A stretch of DNA of 32,000 bases, from contig NZ_JANFYN010000001.1 in assembly GCF_024460475.1 (NCBI RefSeq), positions 20,946-52,945 on the forward strand. The letters run 5' to 3'. The notes beneath the pieces were generated by a model. The model saw nothing but the letters and a program-made list of their open reading frames with translations, was not told the DNA's origin and searched no databases. Of the stretch, positions 17,726 through 24,015 are shown piece by piece (position 1 is the first letter of the stretch; each line of letters opens with the position of its first letter). Position numbers and translations under genes: made by a program. This DNA is from Holdemanella sp. MSK.7.32. Lineage in GTDB: Bacteria; Bacillota_I; Bacilli_A; Erysipelotrichales; Erysipelotrichaceae.

Positions 17726-17886
17726 GATCATCACCTAATTTTTAAGATGCTTAACGGAGTTCATTTAACATTACTATCGGTTTTCATCTTTATTTATTTT
17801 TTTGCTTATTCAGCATGGAATTAGACTCCTTTATTCCCTTGATTTGAAATGATAGACGTATCCATCATATACCTAATTGCAAGAGC

Positions 17887-18000
17887 AGAGCGGAGCGAAA
17901 ACCTGCATTGTGATTCGAATTGGAGCGTGGGTCATTCAAGTTTACAGCGAACACGCCTGCATTGCTACCATTATCCCAATTGCCACCACGAAAAGGCAAA
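17887..18000 (-). repeat. DGR template repeat cassette TR1 (RT-proximal)
   Basis: Minus strand reads CCT TTT CGT GGT GGC AAT TGG GAT AAT GGT AGC AAT GCA GGC GTG TTC GCT GTA AAC TTG AAT GAC CCA CGC TCC AAT TCG AAT CAC AAT GCA GGT TTT CGC TCC GCT. It has 8 AAY codons. It matches VR blocks 1-2 with adenine-only differences. Confidence 0.88.
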
Positions 18001-18035
18001 TCATATAGTCCAATCCCATTACTCTTTATAGGGTT

Positions 18036-18146
18036 AGAGCGGAGCGAAAACCTCTATCATTGTCAGAGTTGGAGCGTGGGTTGTTGAGATTCAAAGCGAA
18101 CACACCTGCATTCGAATAGTTCCAAAAAGCGCCACCACGAAAAGGT
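18036..18146 (-). repeat. DGR template repeat cassette TR2
   Basis: Same 26-codon register between the anchors. Variable blocks are GCT TTT TGG AAC TAT TCG AAT / TTG AAT CTC AAC AAC / AAC TCT GAC AAT GAT AGA, with 7 AAY codons. It matches VR block 3 with adenine-only differences. A TGA lies two codons upstream of the 5' anchor, so it is non-coding. Confidence 0.85.
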
Positions 18147-18174
18147 CTTCATAATAATCTAATCCCATAAGGAT

Positions 18175-18292
18175 AAAGCGGAGCGAAAACCTAAATCGTC
18201 CCAAGTATTGGAGCGTGGGTTGTTCAAATTCAAAGCGAACACGCCTGCATTGCTAGAATTATTGAAGCCGCCACCACGAAAAGGCAAACGCT
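18175..18292 (-). repeat. DGR template repeat cassette TR3 (avd-proximal)
   Basis: Same register. Variable blocks are GGC TTC AAT AAT TCT AGC AAT / TTG AAT TTG AAC AAC / AAT ACT TGG GAC GAT TTA, with 7 AAY codons. Its flanks AGCGTTTGCC and GCTTT are identical to the VR flanks. A TAG lies three codons upstream of the anchor. Confidence 0.85.
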
Positions 18293-18324
18293 AATAGCCT
18301 AATCCCAAAATAGCATAAAAGAAT

Positions 18325-18340
18325 AGAGTGGAGCGAAAAA
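18325..18340 (-). repeat. truncated copy of the cassette 3' end motif
   Basis: AGAGTGGAGCGAAAAA versus AGAGCGGAGCGAAAAC at the cassette ends. It lies just downstream of the avd stop and marks the edge of the tandem array. Confidence 0.6.
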
Positions 18341-18355
18341 GGGCTCACAATTCAT

Positions 18356-18856
18356 CTAATCCTTATGACTTTTTTGACATGTATAACAAAGAGATTTACC
18401 AAAATTTTTCATTGAATATTCATAAGACTTAGGAGTTATTCTTGTGCCACATTTCTCACAAACATATGGTTTATCAACAGCTTTATTTCCTGTTTTTTCT
18501 TTTTCAGCCTTAATCCAACCACCTAACATCTTGCCGACTTTATCTAATCTTCTAGACATTTCCATATAGTGGTTTTCGCCTTTAAAATATTGCAAGTCAA
18601 ATGCTAATCTTACATAAACCTTTAATACAGCTAGTTCTACATCCATTTTTTCAAGTGTTGTAGTCTTAGCGTATTTTTTATTAGCTGCAATTGCATATTC
18701 AAGAACTGAATCCATCTTTTTTTTAATATCTTGAACTAAAGAAAATTTTTGACTCTTTGGAAAATGATCCAACAATGGATAGGCATATAGCAACATATCA
18801 TAAACCTCCTGTTGTATGATCAGTTGCGTTTCATACGAGCCTAATTGATTATCCAT
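18356..18856 (-). CDS. avd: DGR accessory variability determinant (Avd, four-helix-bundle / 23S rRNA-IVS family) with C-terminal CxxC-CxxC zinc-ribbon extension
   Basis: The preferred start is ATG 18856 (MDNQLGSYE) with GAGGTGG upstream. The ORF-track N-terminal extension overlaps terminator hairpins. LLDHFPKSQKFSLVQDIKKKMDSVLEYAIAAN fits the Avd/IVS pattern. The tail is YVCEKCGTRITPKSYEYSMKNFGKSLCYTCQ. Confidence 0.85.
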   Translation of the reverse strand: MDNQLGSYETQLIIQQEVYDMLLYAYPLLDHFPKSQKFSLVQDIKKKMDSVLEYAIAANKKYAKTTTLEKMDVELAVLKVYVRLAFDLQYFKGENHYMEMSRRLDKVGKMLGGWIKAEKEKTGNKAVDKPYVCEKCGTRITPKSYEYSMKNFGKSLCYTCQKSHKD

Positions 18857-18874
18857 TGTTACCACCTCTGGTAA

Positions 18875-18883
18875 ATTATAACA
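18875..18883 (-). promoter_or_regulatory. extended -10 promoter candidate (TGTTATAAT) for avd-TR-RT
   Basis: Minus strand reads GCATGTTATAATTTACCAGAGGTGGTAACAATG. The element lies downstream of the target-gene terminator, and the -35 is weak. Confidence 0.4.
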
Positions 18884-18900
18884 TGCGTAAGAATATACAC

Positions 18901-18940
18901 AATAAAAAAAATAATCCCACCAGCTTAATCGCTGGTGGGA
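18901..18940 (-). terminator. strong rho-independent terminator between DGR target gene and avd
   Basis: Perfect 10-bp stem TCCCACCAGC/GCTGGTGGGA (18915-18924 and 18931-18940) with a 6-nt loop, followed on the minus strand by TTATTTTTTTTATT. Confidence 0.75.
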
Positions 18941-18944
18941 ATGA

Positions 18945-18962
18945 TTGCCACTTACGTGGCAA
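18945..18962 (-). promoter_or_regulatory. 7-bp hairpin with 4-nt GNRA-type loop downstream of VR (candidate DGR target-recognition hairpin/cruciform)
   Basis: Minus strand reads TTGCCAC-GTAA-GTGGCAA, 22 nt after the target stop codon. Confidence 0.5.
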
Positions 18963-18984
18963 AAACAGAACACTGATACCAAAA

Positions 18985-20064
18985 TTACAGACCGACAAAA
19001 GCGGAGCGAAAACCTCTAACATTGTCAGAGTAGGAGCGCGGGTCATGCAAGTCGACAGCGAACACGCCTGCAAGGCTACCATCATCCCAAGAGCCACCAC
19101 GAAAAGGCAAACGCTCTCCCTTATTTCTCATATAGATATAATCTCCATGATTTGCTTTTGTTCCATCAGGATAAATTGCCAAAGCCTTTAAGATTTCAGG
19201 CGGGTTGATACTTCCATCTGCTGTCATATCTTCAAATTGTCCTGCAGCATACGGATCACCATTAGTCTGTTGATGTGCTAGAGTTGTTACTAATTTAGGC
19301 ATTCCTTTCGATGTGTTTTCAGTACCTGGATCTACTGTATAATCGAACTTTAATGTATTAGCAGATTTTGGCGCAACCAAGTTTCCACTCTTATCAATCG
19401 CTTTCCAATGGCTAGAATTTTCAGCCATATTTGCATCACATGCTGCATTATTATCAGCAATAACTTGGATTTCACCATCAACTAATCGAAGTCCTCCAAC
19501 CCATTCCCATACATTTCCATTCAAATCAAAGATACCTGAATTACTTCCATCATGTGCCCATGTAACTGGGCCTGAACCTGTTCCAACTCTACCTGTTTTT
19601 CCATCATATTTATAAGTTTCAACACCTTTTTCATGCGGATATGATACATCGCTTCCGTAATTGTTGTTGCCTCTTGGGAAGTATCCGTTCTTTTTACACC
19701 ACAAAGCAATCGCAGCCCATTCAGCATTTGTCATTAAATGCCATCCTTTACCTTTGTTTTCACAAGCTTTTCTTGCTGTATCAAAATCAATATAAACTTT
19801 TGGATCTTGCATTGGTAAAGAGTATGCTCGATCATTCACTACGATATTTTGATACTTACTAATATAAATTTCATCTTTTTCTACACCATTAACAATAAAG
19901 GCTGGATGTACTGAATTAGAACCACCTTCAATTACATCTGAAATTTTAAATTTAGGAATTCTAACCATGATTGACGGATTTCCTAAATCATCAAATAATA
20001 CTGTATTTTTCCCGCCAGTCGCTGCTTCAACCGCTAACTTGATTGCATCAAAATTTGTCTCCAT
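18985..20064 (-). CDS. DGR target protein: phage tail fibre/receptor-binding protein with FGE-sulfatase (C-type lectin fold) domain
   Basis: HLMTNAEWAAIA, GNVWEWVGG, and C-terminal RGGSW...GFRSA are hallmarks of the FGE/CLec fold used by DGR targets. The VR occupies the last ~38 codons. The preferred start is ATG 20064 (METNFDAI), overlapping the upstream stop (TAATG). The ORF track starts at 20082. Confidence 0.9.
   Translation of the reverse strand: METNFDAIKLAVEAATGGKNTVLFDDLGNPSIMVRIPKFKISDVIEGGSNSVHPAFIVNGVEKDEIYISKYQNIVVNDRAYSLPMQDPKVYIDFDTARKACENKGKGWHLMTNAEWAAIALWCKKNGYFPRGNNNYGSDVSYPHEKGVETYKYDGKTGRVGTGSGPVTWAHDGSNSGIFDLNGNVWEWVGGLRLVDGEIQVIADNNAACDANMAENSSHWKAIDKSGNLVAPKSANTLKFDYTVDPGTENTSKGMPKLVTTLAHQQTNGDPYAAGQFEDMTADGSINPPEILKALAIYPDGTKANHGDYIYMRNKGERLPFRGGSWDDGSLAGVFAVDLHDPRSYSDNVRGFRSAFVGL
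18998..19115 (-). repeat. DGR variable repeat (VR)
   Basis: Same anchors and 26-codon register as TR1-3, but only one AAY codon remains. Differences from the best-matching cassette segments fall only at template adenines. Confidence 0.9.
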
Positions 20065-20396
20065 TATTCTTCTACCCCCCACAATGTAATATCCACTTTT
20101 TTAATATCAAAAGGAACTGCTACCTTGTTGAATTTTGTGTGCCCTTCTTCATCCACACCATCTTCTACATATTGATATTCTCTAGCTGAAATGTCGATTT
20201 GAGCCACATATTTATTCGCTAGTCCCATGCACAAACATCCAAATTCATCCATACAAATATCGATATGCATTGGATCATCACGTTCATACTTGGCTAGATT
20301 CAACATTAATTCATCATTGAAAATGATTTTATTTCCAATGATTTCATAGTCAATCTTTGCTCCTTCGTTCTTATTGATTATCTTTGCACCATTCAT
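20064..20396 (-). CDS. phage hypothetical protein in tail-fibre module
   Basis: 110-aa ORF translationally coupled on both sides (TAATG overlaps). No recognisable motif. Confidence 0.6.
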   Translation of the reverse strand: MNGAKIINKNEGAKIDYEIIGNKIIFNDELMLNLAKYERDDPMHIDICMDEFGCLCMGLANKYVAQIDISAREYQYVEDGVDEEGHTKFNKVAVPFDIKKVDITLWGVEE

Positions 20397-20896
20397 TAAT
20401 ATCGTCCTCCTGTTACTTTATATTTTAATTTCACATTTTTTGCACTGCCTTTAAACGCCAATTTAAACCCATTTAACTGTTTGTCAAAAACTTCAATTGT
20501 TTCAATATTTCCATCCGTTTCTGACACTTCGATTTGAACCACATAATCAAAATTAGACCTTTTTTCTTTAATCGGAACCGTTATCGAAGCTGATGAAAAT
20601 GGATATTTATTTGTGTTTTTGATAGTTACCACACCGAATTCACCATGATTTTCTGCAGCTGATCTTTGTAGTTGAAGCATTTCTTGTTGCAAAGCCAGAG
20701 CAAGAATCTGATTTGCAAGAATCCCTTCTTCCATGTTGTTATAGTTCTTAGCATTTCTCGGTGTTCCTTGTTGAATTACATCACCTTCTGCACGAACTAT
20801 ATCTGCAGTTCCATCTTTATTGTTTGTAATTCGTCTACGCATTGGATATTGCGTAACGTGATCGAGCCATTTTGTTGCTTTATACAATAATCCCAT
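20396..20896 (-). CDS. short tail-fibre-like protein
   Basis: 166 aa. The N-terminal pattern W-DHV...GDVIQQGTPRNAKNYNNMEEGI resembles the conserved N-terminus of Firmicutes phage fibre proteins. The RBS is GGAGGT. Confidence 0.55.
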   Translation of the reverse strand: MGLLYKATKWLDHVTQYPMRRRITNNKDGTADIVRAEGDVIQQGTPRNAKNYNNMEEGILANQILALALQQEMLQLQRSAAENHGEFGVVTIKNTNKYPFSSASITVPIKEKRSNFDYVVQIEVSETDGNIETIEVFDKQLNGFKLAFKGSAKNVKLKYKVTGGRY

Positions 20897-20897
20897 A

Positions 20898-21206
20898 CTA
20901 GCTTACCTCCATAAAATTAATCGTTATCTTTACAATAATTCCTTCATTCAAAGGATTGAATTTAATGTTTTCAGCCTTTTTATAAAATAGATCTCCTGAT
21001 GTGTCATATAAGGCGATTTCAGATACAGTTACTTCTTGACTGATTGATGGGTTAAGTTGTAAATGCAATACCAACTCCGATTCTTTCTCTTCAATACTGT
21101 TAATCGTTGCCTCATAATAGGTGTTTTGGATTTTATACTTTGCTGAAACAATTTCTCTATGTGCATGAGATACCAAACCTTTAAATGCCTTCGTACTAAA
21201 TGGCAT
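20898..21206 (-). CDS. phage hypothetical protein (fibre/baseplate module)
   Basis: Preferred start ATG 21206 (MPFSTKAF) after AGGAGGT. The ORF track extends to 21233. Confidence 0.6.
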   Translation of the reverse strand: MPFSTKAFKGLVSHAHREIVSAKYKIQNTYYEATINSIEEKESELVLHLQLNPSISQEVTVSEIALYDTSGDLFYKKAENIKFNPLNEGIIVKITINFMEVS

Positions 21207-21217
21207 ATCCATACCTC

Positions 21218-22105
21218 CTAATCTTCGCCACAATAATCGCCATCATCGCGGGCAAATAAAAGCGGTGTGGCGTAGTTTTCTATATCCACATTTATTTGTC
21301 CGTTCTCTTCATTACCAACGCCCAGCGTTGAAATATGAGGGATTATCCCCGCTTCAAAAGATGTAAAGTCATAATCATATCCATGTGTTTCATGTACCGC
21401 GTTAACTTTAATATCTCCATTCTCTACACTTCCTAAAGTAGAAATTATTGGATATTGACCTGTATACACATAAGGGAATGAATGACTTTCATTTCTCGCT
21501 TTAATTTGTATTCCTGGTTTTTCTATCTTTCCTATATAGCTTAGTTCAGGTGTTTCTCCACAATAATCAAAATCATTGCCAAGACCACCACATACATCAT
21601 GAGCTACTTTGTAAATGGTTGAACTGACTTTAATTCCAATTGTCCATTTCCAACACATCATAACTGTAAAAGCAAGATGTGCTGGTTTAATAATTTCCAC
21701 AGCTGCTTTGATATCTTCGATATTGATTAATTGGTCGTTATCTCTTAAGACATCAATCATAAAAGCATACTTACCGTAGTATTCTTCTATTTCCGTATCG
21801 CATCCAGTAATAGATGAAACAACTGTTTTGATGGCATCTACAGTTGAATTTGTTCTTGTATTTAGCTTTGCAAGAATTCTTCCTATTCTTTCTGAATCGG
21901 TAAGAGCAGGACTGACATTCAATCCGAACATTTTCTCATATCTTGAAAGGTAGATACTGGCTGTACTGATCGAAGTTTGATTCCGCATCAATTCAATATA
22001 GTCAAAGAACTCATCCAGGCCTTTTTGTTCGGCATATAGAAGTTCCTTCATTTCAGGAATATCAAGTATAAATTGAGGAAGATAGTTAACTGAATCAATT
22101 CTCAT
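21218..22105 (-). CDS. baseplate/tail protein, XkdU-like (DUF2313 family)
   Basis: 295 aa. The N-terminal YLPQFILDIPEMKELLYAEQKGLDEF pattern and its position after the baseplate J gene fit the family. Confidence 0.65.
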   Translation of the reverse strand: MRIDSVNYLPQFILDIPEMKELLYAEQKGLDEFFDYIELMRNQTSISTASIYLSRYEKMFGLNVSPALTDSERIGRILAKLNTRTNSTVDAIKTVVSSITGCDTEIEEYYGKYAFMIDVLRDNDQLINIEDIKAAVEIIKPAHLAFTVMMCWKWTIGIKVSSTIYKVAHDVCGGLGNDFDYCGETPELSYIGKIEKPGIQIKARNESHSFPYVYTGQYPIISTLGSVENGDIKVNAVHETHGYDYDFTSFEAGIIPHISTLGVGNEENGQINVDIENYATPLLFARDDGDYCGED

Positions 22106-23195
22106 GAAGCGTTATCTCCGATAGAGAAAAGAATTCTGCAGCTTCTGCCATGATGGATTGTTTACCACCGTTAACCGTATAGTCTAATACATCTGAAACT
22201 CCTTCAACGTTAAATATCAAGTCGCTTATCTTGAAGTAAGATAATACCTTGCTTTCTTCCTCGTAAGCAATTCCTGTTAGATATTCACGAATAATACGAT
22301 TGGCTTCTGTTTGCACATCAGTAAGCCTATAACCAGCTGAAACTTTAATTGTGCAATCAATAATAATTTCTTTTGCTTCCGCTTTTGAAACTGTTACTTT
22401 AGCACCTATCGGTCTTTGTGTTTCAATGTAGTCAGCAACATTTTTTATCACTGTATCATCAGGTGCAGTTCCGTCCGAAGATAAAATTACGACCTTAACA
22501 GTCCCAGCTCCATTCCATAAAGGAATACATCGAGCGTTGCCAACACCTGAAACCTGCTTTGCCCAATATATATAAGAATTGGCATTTCCTGAAGCAATCG
22601 GCATTTGTATCTTTTCGTAAATCCTTTTTCGGTAAGAATCATCCGTTTCTTCTTCAGTTCCGCCTTCAAAAGGTTCTTCGTTGGTTACTTTTACACCATC
22701 AATTCCTTCAGTGGCCCTAATTCCAGTAATTGCGCCTGCTAGAACGTTTCCAGTAATCCCGAGTTCTGTACATGTTGCTCTCACACTAGTCGTTCCTGAA
22801 GAAGAGATGATCGCTTCAAAATCAGTTGTAAACGTGCAGGTGTCTGCCAAAAGGGTCGTTCCTTTTGGAATGATCGTTCCTTGTGCTCCAGTGAATTTAA
22901 CATAACCACTAGAAGCAGTTGCTGGATTTCTTGCCAATCCATAATCTAATCCTTTTCTATCTAAAAATTCATATTCTGCTGTGTCTAGCATTGCCATATC
23001 AATAAAATCAATAATTCGCATATTGATAGCTCTTGCCATTTCCTGTGCTACTGCCTGTATGCTATCCATAGCGAATGAACCTTCGATTTTAGATGCTGGA
23101 TTATTCAAGTATGATTTAATACGACTTTTGATTTCTTCAGCAGTGTATTCGCCATTACTCATAGCATCTATCACTTCTTGATAATTCCTTTTCAT
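22095..23195 (-). CDS. baseplate J-like protein (XkdT-like)
   Basis: 366 aa. SYIYWAKQVSGVGNARCIPLWNGAGTVKVVILS is typical of the Baseplate_J family. Confidence 0.8.
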   Translation of the reverse strand: MKRNYQEVIDAMSNGEYTAEEIKSRIKSYLNNPASKIEGSFAMDSIQAVAQEMARAINMRIIDFIDMAMLDTAEYEFLDRKGLDYGLARNPATASSGYVKFTGAQGTIIPKGTTLLADTCTFTTDFEAIISSSGTTSVRATCTELGITGNVLAGAITGIRATEGIDGVKVTNEEPFEGGTEEETDDSYRKRIYEKIQMPIASGNANSYIYWAKQVSGVGNARCIPLWNGAGTVKVVILSSDGTAPDDTVIKNVADYIETQRPIGAKVTVSKAEAKEIIIDCTIKVSAGYRLTDVQTEANRIIREYLTGIAYEEESKVLSYFKISDLIFNVEGVSDVLDYTVNGGKQSIMAEAAEFFSLSEITLHEN

Positions 23196-23650
23196 TATCC
23201 AACACCTTCTTTCATTATCTGTTCATAACGCATTTGTCCATATATAGAAATTACAGTAAATCGAATCAATACTTCCGAGCCTTTGACTTCAAATTCAAAA
23301 CCATTCAATTCTTGAATATAAGAGTTATACATTAATGCTTCTGTAATATATCTTTTCAGTTCAAGAAGCATGACTTCTTGGTCTATTGCTTGAGAAATCA
23401 TAGAAAACATCTCATTTCCATAATCTTCCGTATAAGCAAGATGCTGATAGCGTGGAGTCATCAATGCCTTGTATATCCAAACTTTCAAAGCCTCATTTCG
23501 ATATACATAATAGTTTTGTCCTGCACTGTTTGTTAGAAGGCAGTTATTCTTGAAATCAAACGCATACTCGCATAATTCTTCTAATTTATCACTCTCAATA
23601 ACATCTTCGTACTTGCTTGTATCAATAAAAGGAAAGATTGAATTGTTCAT
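23195..23650 (-). CDS. baseplate protein, XkdS-like (DUF2634)
   Basis: 151 aa. Size and position match the PBSX-like order XkdR-XkdS-XkdT. Confidence 0.55.
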   Translation of the reverse strand: MNNSIFPFIDTSKYEDVIESDKLEELCEYAFDFKNNCLLTNSAGQNYYVYRNEALKVWIYKALMTPRYQHLAYTEDYGNEMFSMISQAIDQEVMLLELKRYITEALMYNSYIQELNGFEFEVKGSEVLIRFTVISIYGQMRYEQIMKEGVG

Positions 23651-24003
23651 GCAACCTTCGTAACTCTTTCCAATACATAAAAGGAAACACCATCTAAAAG
23701 AACGATAACAGTATCACCAGCATTTAATAGGTCAGCTTTAAACATCTTTCTTGTAAAGCTAAGTAAACTGCTAGGAACATAATTGTGATTCATATCCCAA
23801 GTAATATTGGAATCTATTGCTTTTGATGATGTTTTTAAAAATGAATTATTGACATAAATATGTTCAGTAATTATTTGATCATACAGTTTTAGCTTGAACG
23901 GACTAGTACTGACTACTTTAGCAACATATAGATTGTTGTTATTTTGACATTTACTCTTTAGTGCGTTCACTAAATTCACTATTTTTCTATCTGTTTTTTT
24001 CAT
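23647..24003 (-). CDS. baseplate/spike-associated protein, XkdR-like (DUF2577)
   Basis: 118 aa. The call rests on position and size in the PBSX-like module. Confidence 0.5.
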   Translation of the reverse strand: MKKTDRKIVNLVNALKSKCQNNNNLYVAKVVSTSPFKLKLYDQIITEHIYVNNSFLKTSSKAIDSNITWDMNHNYVPSSLLSFTRKMFKADLLNAGDTVIVLLDGVSFYVLERVTKVA

Positions 24004-24015
24004 AGGTGCTCCTTT

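Larger units (their letters stand above)
16571..20064 (-). mobile_element. diversity-generating retroelement (target-VR, avd, TR array, RT)
   Basis: All canonical parts are present in canonical order on the minus strand, and VR/TR differences are adenine-specific. See the individual features. Confidence 0.92.

Noticed and set aside
16571-17734. The RT as a retron, group II intron, or Abi/UG defence reverse transcriptase
   Set aside because: There is no intron RNA domain or maturase/endonuclease extension, and no msr/msd-like structure. An Avd gene, TR/VR pairs with adenine-specific differences and the SQ-containing motif all point to a DGR RT.
17905-17925. GATTCGAAT, resembling a tRNA T-arm
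   Set aside because: It is part of TR1 codons AAT TCG AAT CAC, with no acceptor or anticodon stems around it.
17887-18000. TR1 alone as the donor of the whole VR (ordinary single-TR DGR with two decayed extra copies)
   Set aside because: VR block 3 differs from TR1 at several non-adenine positions (TCG/TCT, AAT/GAC third base, CAC/AAT, GCA/AGA) but matches TR2 with adenine-only changes. TR2 and TR3 also retain full AAY loading and exact register, which is unlike decaying copies.
17849-18031. Plus-strand 60-aa ORF from the ORF track
   Set aside because: It lies antisense across TR1 and the spacer, with no RBS. It is an artefact of the repeat sequence.
17887-18340. Regularly spaced repeats that a naive scan might call a CRISPR array or a simple tandem satellite
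   Set aside because: The units are ~140-150 bp with no short-repeat/unique-spacer alternation. They share codon register and anchors with the C-terminus of the adjacent FGE-fold gene, and they lie between avd and an RT. They are DGR template cassettes.
18856-19191. ORF-track entries 18856-19191 (+) and 18876-19100 (-), and the N-terminal extension of the avd ORF (18857-18982)
   Set aside because: They run through the VR, the two terminator hairpins and the intergenic region. The avd start at 18856 has a good SD, and the extension would read through a strong terminator.
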